Shown: positions 13,498 through 26,600 of the stretch, piece by piece
Layout of the letters: each line of letters begins with the position of its first letter
How positions within the stretch are numbered: position 1 is the stretch's first letter
Assembly (NCBI GenBank): GCA_964016885.1
Contig: OZ024741.1
Location: 268,584,001-268,648,000 of the forward strand
DNA from: Eledone cirrhosa
Taxonomy: Eukaryota
Reading direction: 5' to 3'
Length of the DNA: 64,000 nucleotides
Program-made: the position numbers and the translations under genes
Notes under the pieces: model-generated
Seen by the model: the letters and a program-made list of their open reading frames with translations, nothing else
What the model was told of the DNA's origin: nothing
Database searches by the model: none

Positions 13498-15817
13498 GAG
13501 GGTGTTGGTATAGATACACTGTCATTGGTAAGGTGTTGGTATGGATACACTGTCATTGGGTGTTGGTAAAGATACACTGTCATTGGGTGTTATAGATACA
13601 GTTGTCGGGTGTTGGTATAGATACACTGTCATTGGGTGTTATAGATACAGTTGTTGAGTGTTGGTATAGATACACTGTCATTGGGTGTTATAGATACAGT
13701 TGTTGAGTGTTGGTATAGATACACTGTTGTTGGGTGTTGGTATAGATACACTGTTGTTGGGTGTTGGTATAGATACACTGTTGTTGGGTGTTGGTATAGA
13801 TACACTGTTGTTGGGTGTTGGTATAGATACAGTTGTTGGGTGTTGGTATAGATACATTGTTGTTAGGTGTTGGTATAGATACACTGTTGTTGGGTGTTGG
13901 TATAGATACACTGTCATTGGGTGTTGGTATAGATACACTGTTGTTGGGTGTTGGTATAGATACACTGGTAAGGTGTTGGTATAGATACACTGTTATTGGG
14001 TGTTGGTATAGATACACTGTTGTTGGGTGTTGGTATAGATACACTGTCATTGGGTGTTGGTATAGATACACTGTTATTGGGTGTTGGTATAGATACACTG
14101 TTGTTGGGTGTTGGTGTAGATACACTGTTGTTGGGTGTTGGTATAGATACACTGTTGTTGGGTGTTATAGATACACTCATTGGGTGTTATAGATACACTG
14201 TCATTGGGTGTTATAGATACACTGTCATTGGGTGTTGGTATAGATACACTGTTGTTGGGTGTTGGTATAGATACACTGTTGTTGGGTGTTATAGATACAC
14301 TGTTGTTGGGTGTTGGTATAGATACACTGTCATTGGGTGTTATAGATACACTGTCATTGGGTGTTGGTATAGATACACTGTCACTGGTCAGGTGTTGGTA
14401 TAGATACACTGTTGTTGGGTGTTGGTGTAGGTACACTGTCACTGGTCAGGTGTTGGTATAGATACACTGTCATTGGGTGTTGGTATAGATACACTGTTGT
14501 TGGGTGTTGGTATAGATAGACTGTTGTTGGGTGTTGGTATAGATACACTGTTGTTGGGTGTTGGTATAGATACAGTTGTTGGGTGTTGGTATAGATACAT
14601 TGTTGTTGGGTGTTGGTATAGATACACTGTTGTTGGGTGTTGGTATAGATACACTGTCATTGGGTGTTGGTATAGATACACTGTTGTTGGGTGTTGGTAT
14701 AGATACACTGGTAAGGTGTTGGTATAGATACACTGTTATTGGGTGTTGGTATAGATACACTGTTGTTGGGTGTTGGTATAGATACACTGTCATTGGGTGT
14801 TGGTATAGATACACTGTTGTTGGGTGTTGGTATAGATACACTGTTGTTGGGTGTTGGTATAGATACATTGTTGTTGGGTGTTGGTATAGATACACTGTTG
14901 TTGGGTGTTGGTATAGATACACTGTCATTGGGTGTTGGTATAGATACACTGTTGTTGGGTGTTGGTATAGATACACTGGTAAGGTGTTGGTATAGATACA
15001 CTGTTATTGGGTGTTGGTATAGATACACTGTTGTTGGGTGTTGGTATAGATACACTGTCATTGGGTGTTGGTATAGATACACTGTTATTGGGTGTTGGTA
15101 TAGATACACTGTTGTTGGGTGTTGGTATAGATACACTGTTGTTGGGTGTTATAGATACACTGTCATTGGGTGTTATAGATACACTGTCATTGGGTGTTAT
15201 AGATACACTGCCATTGGGTGTTGGTATAGATACACTGTTGTTGGGTGTTGGTATAGATACACTGTTGTTGGGTGTTATAGATACACTGTTGTTGGGTGTT
15301 GGTATAGATACACTGTTGTTGGGTGTTGGTATAGATACACTGTTGTTGGGTGTTGGTATAGATACACTGTTGTTGGGTGTTATAGATACACTGTCATTGG
15401 GTGTTATAGATACACTGTCATTGGGTGTTACAGATACACTGCCATTGGGTGTTGGTATAGATACACTGTTGTTGGGTGTTGGTATAGATACACTGTCATT
15501 GGGTGTTATAGATACACTGTCATTGGGTGTTATAGATACACTGTCATTGGGTGTTGGTATAGATACACTGTCACTGGTCAGGTGTTGGTATAGATACGCT
15601 GTTGTTGGGTGTTGGTGTAGGTACACTGTCACTGGTCAGGTGTTGGTATAGATACACTGTCATTGGGTGTTGGTATAGATACACTGTTGTTGGGTGTTGG
15701 TGTAGGTACACTGTCACTGGTCAGGTGTTGGTATAGATACACTGTTGTTGGGTGTTGGTGTAGGTACATTGTCATTGGTAAGGTGTTGGTATAGATACAC
15801 TGTCATTGGTAAGGTGC
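13498..15817. repeat. Minisatellite, 27-bp unit gggtgttggtatagatacactgttgtt (24/25/31-bp variants), roughly 85 copies
   Basis: Directly visible tandem array; source of the spurious GVGIDTLLL and GCWYRYTVV ORFs. Confidence 0.97.
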
Positions 15818-15954
15818 TGATAGTAGTATGATGTGTATTAATTTTACTGTCCTTAACATCTCGTTTTATTAGAAGTCTGAAATACCTTCCTCTCGAATGT
15901 ATAATGGATATTAGAATAGAGTGCAAGACAGGCAGGTGATGTGTATGACATAAT

Positions 15955-16136
15955 TGTTTCTATTTTAGGCACAAGGCCAGCAATAACCCAGTACATTACT
16001 GGTACTTTATTTTATCGATCCCGTAAGGATGAAAGGCAAAGTTAACCTCGGCAGGATTTGAACTCAGATCGTAAAGGGACGTAACTATGCTGGAAAGCAT
16101 GTCCGACCCTCTACCGACACTGCCAATTCACCGCCC
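15955..16136 (-). mobile_element. Full-length young SINE (Meta-domain-like family) with TSD
   Basis: 15-bp TSD tgtgtatgacataat at 15940-15954 and 16138-16152. Confidence 0.9.
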
Positions 16137-16275
16137 TTGTGTATGACATAATAGATGATTGTAAGACACTGTAAACCATGCTGTGCCAGACATATATATA
16201 TTGTTAACTAAATTGATATTTTAGATGTTTCTACTGTAATGTAATTGACATTTGTTTGTCTATTTTATTTTTCAG

Positions 16276-16427
16276 TGTACACTCTCCACCATGGATATGA
16301 GCTTGTCAGAACCTTTTCAAATCTTTATCCAGTATTTTTCCTGTTGATATCCAATATGAATCCATAGAGGGTCAATACGAACCCTGACACATTTATTTAA
16401 CGTGCATAGAACGCCACAATTGAACAT
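16276..16427 (+). other. Candidate non-coding (5'UTR) exon
   Basis: Pyrimidine tract plus ttcag acceptor (16271-16275), donor gtgaga at 16428, non-repetitive sequence; all frames closed; contains a ccaccATGg uORF of 18 aa. Confidence 0.3.
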
Positions 16428-17279
16428 GTGAGAGTCATTTTTAATTTTTATTATTCTAACTCACTCTCATTTATTTAGTTTTTATTATTCTTCATCTGTA
16501 AACATTCTCAATCGTTTTTACTCTTTCAAAATAATGGTTTCATTTATTGGCCACACAATAATATAAAGTGTTTACAATAACTTTCTTGTTTGTTTCTAAG
16601 AATTGATTGTCGTGAAATGTTATCTAAATATCCAGCCATAGAAAGCTTGCCAAGCAAAGGGTCAGGAAAACTCTTCAGATGTGTCGTAGACATGATGACT
16701 TCCTTAGTGTTGGTGATGTATATGATAAATGCATCCAATAGAGTTCTTTAAAGTGTTTGGTGATAAGAAGGGCATCCAGCCATAGAACGCTTGCCAAACA
16801 AAGGATCAGAAGGACTTGTCAGTTATGTAAAAAAATATGACAACCTCCCTAGTGTTGTTGATCTACAAAATAAACACACCCAATACACGCTGTAAAGTGG
16901 TTGGAAATAGGAAGGGCATCCTGCCAGATACTGAGTCAAGAGGACTCTTCAGCTATGTCAAAGACATAACAACCTCCCTAGTGTTGGTGCTAGGATAAAA
17001 TGCACTTGTTAGAGTGTTGGTATATATGTTAATGAAATGCTGGACCTTGGCACATCTGAGAGCTCAGTAGCACTGCTGGTCTGTGAAAACCTGCCCAACC
17101 TTTGCTAGCAGGGAAAATGAACATTAAATGATGATGATGATGATCTGACATTTATTTTTCCAATTTAGATTAAACTTAAAAAACTGTTCCCTTGTAGCTT
17201 TACATTAATTGTTTTTATCCTATAAATGACAATTTCTTAGATTGCCTTGTCTTAGCCACCAAAGCTGACCAACTATTGA

Positions 17280-17482
17280 TTTTTAATTTATGCACAAGGT
17301 CAACAAATTTGGGAGGGGGGCAAAGTTGATTACTTGGCTGGTACTTTATTTTATCGACCTCTAGAAGAATGAAAGACAAAGTTGATCTTGGCAAGATTTG
17401 AACTCAGAACGTAAAGAGCCTGAACAAATATCGCTGTGGCATTTTATTGGATGCTCTACCAATTCTGCCAATCCATCACCCA
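17280..17482 (-). mobile_element. tRNA-derived SINE (Meta-domain-like family), diverged
   Basis: ggtactttattttatcgacc..gaaagacaaagttgatcttggcaagatttgaactcagaac. Confidence 0.7.
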
Positions 17483-18399
17483 TTTTTTGGGTGGACAGAT
17501 ACCTATGGGGAATTGATCTACGTGACTTTTCTATATCTGTCGAGTGTGTTTAACCATTACGCCAAAGAATTTCTGACCAATTATTGATATTTGTTTGTTT
17601 CTGTGATGAAGGTGTTTTTTGTCTTAAGTAAGAAGACAATATCTCTCTATATAAAAGGCCACGTCATGTGTCAGTTTTGTTTCATGTGTAGGCTTTGAAA
17701 CACTTTCTGTCACGCCTTAGGAATGCTGAAGGATAAAGCAGTAGCTGCGAGAGAGGCAGAAGTGAGACAAAGAAAGAATTATAAAATGAGGTGGATTAGG
17801 TAGATAGACTGATGGGAGATTGAGAGAGAGAGAGAGAGAGGAATCCAGAAAGAGTTATAGAGGAGGAATCAACCCAATACTAGACTGATATTTTATTTAG
17901 CGACCTCAAAAAATAAATGGCAAAGTTGACCTTGGTTGGATTTGAACTCAGAACATAAAGAGACAGAACAAATACCCCAAAACATTCTAACTGATATTTT
18001 TATGACTCTACCAATTTGCTGCTTGTTGTCCTTATGATTAAAAAAAAAGAAGACAGGATTGTCATGGCCAGAACAGCTTTCACCATAGGTGTGTTTGGTA
18101 TGCTTTTTCAATCACCAACCAGTCATAAATAGCCACCTTGAGACACACACCATCTCTGGGTCCCCTTCCTTTTTCTCATGTGCTTTCCCCACTTCTCCAT
18201 TGTACAGGGTGAGTCATAAGTAACTAGATGGTCAATATATTTTTATTGCAAGATTCACAGATAACTTTTTCAACATTTGCTTCAAAGTATATTGAGGAAA
18301 GGAAGCCTGCGGAGTCAGCTTTTCAAGCACTTACTTTAATTATATTTTTTTAACTACTTTTTGTTTGATGCATTTTTAATTTAGTTACTGTATGACCAG

Positions 18400-19010
18400 A
18401 TGGATATGTAATAGTAATGTACGTGAATGGCAAAGCATAAACGAATTGAGAGAGAGACTAAGCATATGAGGTATCAAATGTTGTGTGCAGGAGAGGAGAT
18501 TGCGTTGGTATGGACATGTGATGCGTATGAAGGACAACAACTGTATAAAAAATTACAGAGCAATGAAAATTGATGGAAGCTACGGAGTGGGTAGACCAAG
18601 AAAAACCTGGGACGACATGATAAAAACTGACCTTGCTCACTTACACCTCTCTAAGACAATGTCACTGGATCGAGATCTTTGGCACTATGCAGTTGTACAG
18701 AAGACCTGCCTTCCCTTGCGTACAAACCTACAGTCAGTAGGCACCTCTTAACACAATATACACCCTGCCCCACACGACAAAAAGCACCCAGTCCACACTG
18801 TAAAGTGGTCGTGTAGGAGACACGGTAAAAAGGCTCCCAGCCCACATTGTAAATGTAGTTGGTGTTGGGAAGGGCATCCAGCCATAGAAAACCTGCCATA
18901 AACAGTTCTGTATGAGCGAGATACAGTCTCCTGACCAATCTTGCTGCAAGTGGGACAAAACCACCCAACCCATGCTAGTGTGGAAGATCGACGTTAAATA
19001 ATGATGATGA
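18400..19010 (+). mobile_element. 5'-truncated RTE LINE (C-terminal ORF, full 3'UTR, (GAT)n tail)
   Basis: Encodes QERRLRWYGHVMRMKD...GRPRKTWDD; 3'UTR colinear with 58452-58948. Confidence 0.9.
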
Positions 19011-19079
19011 TATATATATATATGTATCGTATGTGTATATGCACACAAATATATATATATATATATCATTATCATGATA

Positions 19080-19645
19080 TCATCATCATCATCATCACCG
19101 TTTTACGTCCGTTCTTCCACGCTAGAATGATTTAGACGGGTTGTCCTGTTGTGGGCAGTGTCTGGTCGGCTGACCATGCCTTGCTCATACAGGAACTGAT
19201 TTGGCTTGATTTCTACAGCTGGATGCCCTTCCTAACACCAACCTCATTTACAGTGAGTGCTGGGTGCTTTTTCGTGGCACCTACATGCCCACTTTACAGT
19301 GTGGGCTGGGTGCTTTTTTGCCGTGGAACCTCCACGACCACCTTGCAACCGCCTCTCCTGCACACAGCATTTGATTCCTCTTATGCTCAGTCTCTCTCTC
19401 AATTCATTTATGCTTTGTCGTTCACGTATATTACTGTTACACATCCATCTGAGCATGCAGGCTTCGTTTCTCTCTAATCTACGTAAGTCTTCCACCTTCA
19501 GCGCTCGGGTCTCACTACCATGCAACATCGCTGTTCGGATACACGCATCATACAGTCTGCCTTTCATTTTGAGGGAGAAGCCTTTTGCAGCTAGCAGTGG
19601 AAGTAGTTCCCTGAACTTCTTCCATCCCGTTCTTACCCTAGTTAT
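19080..19645 (-). mobile_element. Internally deleted RTE copy (ORF fragment plus 3'UTR tail)
   Basis: Encodes RVRTGWKKFRELLPLL...VQERRL; (cat)n tail at 19081. Confidence 0.85.
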
Positions 19646-20694
19646 TATATGTGTATACCCTTGCAAGCAGGGAAGAGCAGACGTAAAATGATGATGATGA
19701 TATTATGTGGGTACCACAAAACATCCAGCCCATACTGTACATCTCTATAGAGAAAAATTCATCAATATTCCATTCATTGGTTTCATATATATATAGCTAG
19801 AAATACAATTACACTCCAGTAGTTCCTTAAATCTAGAGTCCACACCATTATCTATATGGCAAGAATTACAAGTATTTATGCACCAAGTTAGCTCCCAAAC
19901 TATGTTTCTTGTTGTGTCTTAGGGTTCACAAATGATTCCATAATTTATATTTATATGGGTGCCATATTTTATTTTACTATATTAGAATTGTTAGAGTGTT
20001 GAACAGAATGCTTTTAGGCATTTAGTTGCAGTCCTTTACATTCTGAGTCCAAACACTACCAATGTCAACTTTACCTTTCATACGTCTGGGGTTGATATAA
20101 TTATCTCTCCCTCACTGCTGGCCTTGTTCCTAAATTATTATTGTTTATCAATTGACTTCTCTTCTCATTTGAAAAATAAACTTTTAAAATTTCAATACCG
20201 TTCACAATGGCCTTGGTCCATGGAAGCTGCATTTCTCTCAGTTTGCTATCCGCTGTTTTAAGCCAAGTGTTCTTTGGCCTTCAAATCTTTTGCTTTCCAA
20301 GTGGTATCCACCTTAGTGCTATCTTTGGTATTCTATTTTAGTCCTTTTGAGTTAAAGATTACTATTTATAAAGAGGGATGGGCAACCTGGCAGTTGGCAT
20401 AGATAGATTAGTCCATTCTCAACGTATGATCTAACCACCTGAGCTTTTAACATTTTATTAAAAAAGAAAAACACACACACTATTGTAATTAGTTTCACCG
20501 CAATGTTCCTCATTTTATGTTATTTCGGGCCAAGATGTGGCTAATTTTTTCTCAGGAAGCCATTGTGAATAGCATTGATCTTATATCTCCTTTAACCATT
20601 TGCTGGCTATCTGAGCCATAGACTAGGATATATTTGACTTTCTTGTTATTCCTCTTTGTCCACTTAGGCCTATGATATGGTTAACATATTAAGA

Positions 20695-23600
20695 TTATAT
20701 AGTGTGGTGGGACATGGTTAGTGTACTAGGTTTATATAGTGTGGTAGGACATGGTTAGTGTACTAGGTGTGTATAGTGTGGTGGGACATGGTTAGTGTAC
20801 TCAGTGTATATAGTGTGGTGGGACATGGTTAGTGTACTAGGTGTATATAGTGTGGTGGGGCATGGTTAGTATACTAGGTGTATATAGTGTGGTGGGACAT
20901 GGTTAGTGTACTAGGTGTATATAGTGTGGTGGGACATGGTTAGTGTATTAGGTATATATAGTGTGGTGGGACATGGTTAGTGTACTAGGTCTATATAGTG
21001 TGGTGGGACATGGTTAGTGTACTAGGTGTATATAGTGTGGTGTACATGGTTAGTGTACTAGGTGTATATAGTGTGGTGGGACATGGTTAGTGTATTAGGT
21101 GTATATAGTGTGGTGGTACATGGTTAGTGTATTTGGTGTATATAGTGTGGGGGGACATAGTTAGTGTACTAGCTGTATATAGTGTGGTGGGACATGGTTA
21201 GTGTATTAGGTGTATATAGTGTGGTGGGACATGGTTAGTGTACTAGGTCTATATAGTGTGGTGGGACATGGTTAGTGTACTAGGTGTATATAGTGTGGTG
21301 TACATGGTTAGTGTACTAGGTGTATATAGTGTGGTGGGACATGGTTAGTGTATTAGGTGTATATAGTGTGGTGGTACATGGTTAGTGTATTTGGTGTATA
21401 TAGTGTGGGGGGACATAGTTAGTGTACTAGCTGTATATAGTGTGGTGGGACATGGTTAGTATACTAGGTGTATATAGTGTGGTGGGGCATGGTTAGTATA
21501 CTAGGTGTATATAGTGTGGTGGGGCATGGTTAGTGTACTAGGTGTATATAGTGTGGTGGGACATGGTTAGTGTACTAGGTGTATATAGTTTGGTGGGACA
21601 TGGTTAGTGTATTTGGTGAATATAGCGTGGTGGGACATGGTTAGTGTATGAGGTGTATATAGTGTGGTGGGACATGGTTAGTGTATTAGGTATATATAGT
21701 GTGGTGGTACATGGTTAGTGTATTTGGTGTATATAGTGTGGGGGGACATAGTTAGTGTACTAGCTGTATATAGTGTGGTGGGACATGGTTAGTATACTAG
21801 GTGTATATAGTGTGGTGGGGCATGGTTAGTGTACTAGGTGTATATAGTGTGGTGGGACATGGTTAGTGTACTAGGTGTATATAGTGTGGTGGGACATGGT
21901 TAGTGTATTTGGTGAATATAGTGTGGTGGGACATGGTTAGTGTATGAGGTGTATATAGTGTGGTGGGACATGGTTAGTGTATTAGGTGTATATAGTGTGG
22001 TGGGACATGGTTAGTGTATTTGGTGTATATAGTGTGGTGGGACATGGTTAGTGTACTAGGTGTATATAGTGTGGTGGGACATAATTAGTGTACTAGGTGT
22101 ATATAGTGTGGTGGGACATGGTTAGTGTATTAGGTGTATATAGTGTGGTGGGACATGGTTAGTGTATTAGGTGTATATAGTGTGGTGGGACATGGTTAGT
22201 GTATTAGGTGTATATAGTGTGGTGGGACATGGTTAGTGTATTAGGTGTATATAGTGTGGTGGGACATGGTTAGTGTGTTAGGTGTATATAGTGTGGTGGG
22301 ACATGGTTAGTGTAGTAGGTGTATATAGTGTGGTGGGACATGGTTAGTGTATTAGGTGTATATAGTGTGGTGGGACATGGTTAGTGTATTAGGTGTATAT
22401 AGTGCGGTGGGACATGGTTAGTGTACTAGGTGTATATAGTGTGGTGGGCATGGTTAGTGTACTAGGTGTATATAGTGTGGTGGGACATGGTTAGTGTATT
22501 TGGTGTATATAGTGTGGTGGGAGATGGTTAGTGTACTAGGTGTATATAGTGTGGTGGGACATGGTTAGTGTATTAGGTGTATATAGTGTGGGGGGACATA
22601 GTTAGTGTACTAGCTGTATATAGTGTGGTGGGACATGGTTAGTGTATTAGGTGTATATAGTGTGGTAGGACATGTTTAGTGTATTAGGTGTATATAGTGT
22701 GGGGGGACATAGTTAGTGTACTAGCTGTATATAGTGTGGTGGGACATGGTTAGTGTATTAGGTGTATATAGTGTGGTGCGACATGGTTGGTGTATTAGGT
22801 GTATATAGTGTCGTGGGACATGGTTAGTGTACTAGGTGTATATAGTGTGGTGGGACATGGTTAGTGTATTAGGTGTATATAGTGTGGTAGGACATGTTTA
22901 GTGTATTAGGTGTATATAGTGTGGTGGGACATGGTTAGTGTATTAGGTGTATATAGTGTGATGGGACATGGTTAGTGTACTAGGTGTATATAGTGTGGTG
23001 GGACATGGTTAGTGTATTAGGTGTATATAGTGTGCTGGGACATGGTTAGTGTATTAGGTGTATATAGTGTGGTGGGACATGGTTAGTGTATTAGGTGTAT
23101 ATAGTGTGGTGGGACATGGTTAGTGTATTAGGTGTATATAGTGTGGTCGGACATGGTTAGTGTATTAGGTGTATATAGTGTGGTGGGACATGGTTAGTGT
23201 ATTAGGTGTATATAGTGTGGTGGGACATGGTTAGTGTATTAGGTGTATATAGTGTGCTGGGACATATTTAGTGTACTAGGTGTATATAGTGTGGTGGGAC
23301 ATGGTTAGTGTATTAGGTGTATATAGTGTGGTGGAATATGGTTAGTGTACTAGGTGTATATAGTGTGGTGGGACGTGGTTAGTGTATTAGCTGTATATAG
23401 TGTGGTGGGACATGGTTAGTATACCAGGTGTATATAGTGTGGTGGGACATGGTTAGTGTATTTGGTGAATATAGTGAATATAGTGTGGTGGGACGTGGTT
23501 AGTGTATTAGGTATATATAGAGTGGTGGGACATGGTTAGTGTATTAGGTGTATGTAGTGTGGTGGGACATGGTTAGTGTATTTGGTGTATATAGTGTGGT

Positions 23601-26600
23601 GGGACATGGTTAGTGTATTAGGTGTATATAGTGAGGTGGGGCCTGGTTAGTGTATTAGGTGTATCTAGTGTGGTGGGACATGGTTAGTGTATTAGGTGTA
23701 TATAGTGTGGTGGGACATGGTTAGTGTATTAGGTGTATATAGTGTGGTAGGACATGGTTAGTGTATTTGGTGTATATAGTGTGGTGGGACGTGGTTAGTG
23801 TATTTGGTGTATATAGTGTGGTGGGACATGGTTAGTGTATTAGGTGTATATAGTGTGGTGGGACATGGTTAGTGTATTAGGTGTATATAGTGTGGTGGGA
23901 CATGTTTAGTGTATTTGGTGTATATAGTGTGGTGGGACATGGTTAGTGTATTAGGTGTATATAGTGTGGTGGGACATGGTTAGTGTATTTGGTGTATATA
24001 GTGTGGTGAGACATGGTTGGTGTATTAGGTGTATATAGTGTGGTGGGACATGGTTAGTGTATTAGGTGTATATAGTGTGGTGGGAAATGGTTAGTGTATT
24101 AGGTGTATATAGTGTGGTGGGACATGGTTAGTGTATTAGGTGTATATAGTGTGGTGGGACATGGTTAGTGTATTAGGTGTATATAGTGTGGTGGGACATG
24201 GTTAGTGTATTAGGTGTATATAGTGTGCTGGGACATATTTAGTGTATTAGGTGAATATAGTGTGGTGGGACATGGTTAGTGTATTTGGTGTATATAGTGT
24301 GGTGGGACATAGTTAGTGTATTAGGTGTATATAGTGTGGTGGGACATGGTTAGTGTATTAGGTGTATATAGTGTGGTGGGGCATGGTTAGTGTACTTGGT
24401 GTATATATAGTGTGGTGGGACATGGTTAGTGTATTAGGTGTATATAGTGTGGTGGGACTTGGTTAGTGTATTAGGTGTGTATAGTTAGGTGGGGCATGGT
24501 TAGTGTACCAGGTGTATATAGTGTGGTGGGACATGATTAGTTTACTAGGTGTATATAGTGTGGTGGTACATAGTTAGTGTACTAGGTGTATATAGTGTGG
24601 TGGGACATGGTTAGTGTATTAGGTGTGTATAGTGTGGTGGGACATGGTTAGTGTACTAGGTGTATATAGTGTGGTGGGACATGGTTAGTGTATTAGGTGT
24701 ATATAGTGTGGTGGGACATGGTTGGTGTATTAGGTGTATATAGTGTGGTGAGATATGGTTAGTGTATTTGGTGTATATAGTGTCGTGGGACATGGTTAGT
24801 GTACTAGGTGTATATAGTGTGGTGGGACATGGTTAGTGTACTAGGTGTATATAGTGTCGTGGGACATGGTTAGTGTACTAGGTGTATATAGTGTCGTGGG
24901 ACATGGTTAGTGTACTAGGTGTATATAGTGTGGTGGGACATGGTTAGTGTATTAGGTGTATATAGTGTGGTGGGACATGTTTTGTTTATTAGGTGTATAT
25001 TGTGTCCTGGGACATATTTAGTGTATTAGGTGTATATAGTGTGGTGGGACATGGTTAGTGTATTTGGTGTATATAGTGTGGTGGGACATGGTTGGTGTAT
25101 TAGGTGTATATAGTGTCATGGTACATGGTTAGTGTACTAGGTATATATAGTGTGGTGGGACATGGTTAGTGTATTAGGTGTATATAGTGTGGTGGGACAT
25201 GGTTAGTGTATTAGGTGTATATAGTGTCCTGGGACATATTTAGTGTATTAGGTGTATATAGTGTGGTGGGACATGGTTAGTGTATTTGGTGTATATAGTG
25301 TGGTGGGACATGGTTAGTGTACTAGGTGTATATAGTGTGGTGTGACATGGTTAGTGTATTAGGTGTATATAGTGTGGTGGGACATGGTTAGTGTATTATG
25401 TGTATATACTATGGTGGGGTATGGTTAGTGTACTAGGTGTATATATAGTGTGGTGGGACATGTTTAGTGTATTAGGTGTATATAGTGTGGTGGGACATGG
25501 TTAGTGTACTAGGTGTATATAGTGTGGTGTGACATGGTTAGTGTATTAGGTGTATATAGTGTGGTGGGACATGGTTAGTGTATTAGGTGTATATAGTATG
25601 GTGGGGTATGGTTAGTGTACTAGGTGTATATATAGTGTGGTGGGACATGTTTAGTGTATTAGGTGTATATAGTGTGGTGGGACATGGTTAGTGTACTAGG
25701 TGTATATAGTGTGGTGGGACATAGTTAGTGTACTAGGTGTATATAGTGTGGTGTGACATGGTTAGTGTATTAGGTGTATATAGTGTGGTGGGACATGGTT
25801 AGTGTATTTGGTGTATATAGTGTGGTGGGACATGGTTAGTGTATTTGGTGTATATAGTGTCGTGGGACATAGTTAGTGTATTAGGTGTATATACAGTGTG
25901 GTGGAACATGGTTAGTGTACTAGGTGTATATAGTGTGGTGGGACATGGTTAGTGTACTAGGTGTATATAGTGTGGTGGGACATGGTTAGTGTATTAGGTG
26001 TATATAGTGTGGTGGGACATGGTTAGTGTACTAGGTGTATATAGTGTGGTGGGACATGGTTAGTGTATTAGGTGTATATATAGTGTGGTGGGACATGGTT
26101 AGTGTACTAGGTGCATATAGTGTGGTGGGACATGGTTAGTGTACTTGGTGTATATAGTGTGGTGGGACATGGTTAGTGTACTAGGTGTATATAGTGTGGT
26201 GGGACATAGTTAGTGTATTAGGTGTGTATAGTGTGGTGGGACATGGTTAGTGTACTAGGTGTATATAGTGTGGTGGGACATAGTTAGTGTACTAGGTGTA
26301 TATAGTGTGGTGGGACATGGTTAGTGTATTTGGTGTATATAGTGTGGTGGGACATGGTTAGTGTACTAGGTGTATATAGTGTGGTGGGACATAGTTAGTG
26401 TACTAGGTGTATATAGTGTGGTGGGACATGGTTAGTGTATTAGGTGTATATAGTGTGGTGGGACATGGTTAGTGTATTAGGTGTATATAGTGTGGTGGGA
26501 CATGGTTAGTGTACTAGGTGTATATAGTGTGGTGGGACATGGTTAGTGTACTAGGTGTATATAGTGTGGTGGGACATGGTTAGTGTACTAGGTGTATATA

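Noticed and set aside
13651-15926. Repetitive ORFs (GVGIDTLLL, GCWYRYTVV, SVSIPTPNN)
   Set aside because: A 27-bp minisatellite open in several frames on both strands, with frequent frame switches; no splice or start context
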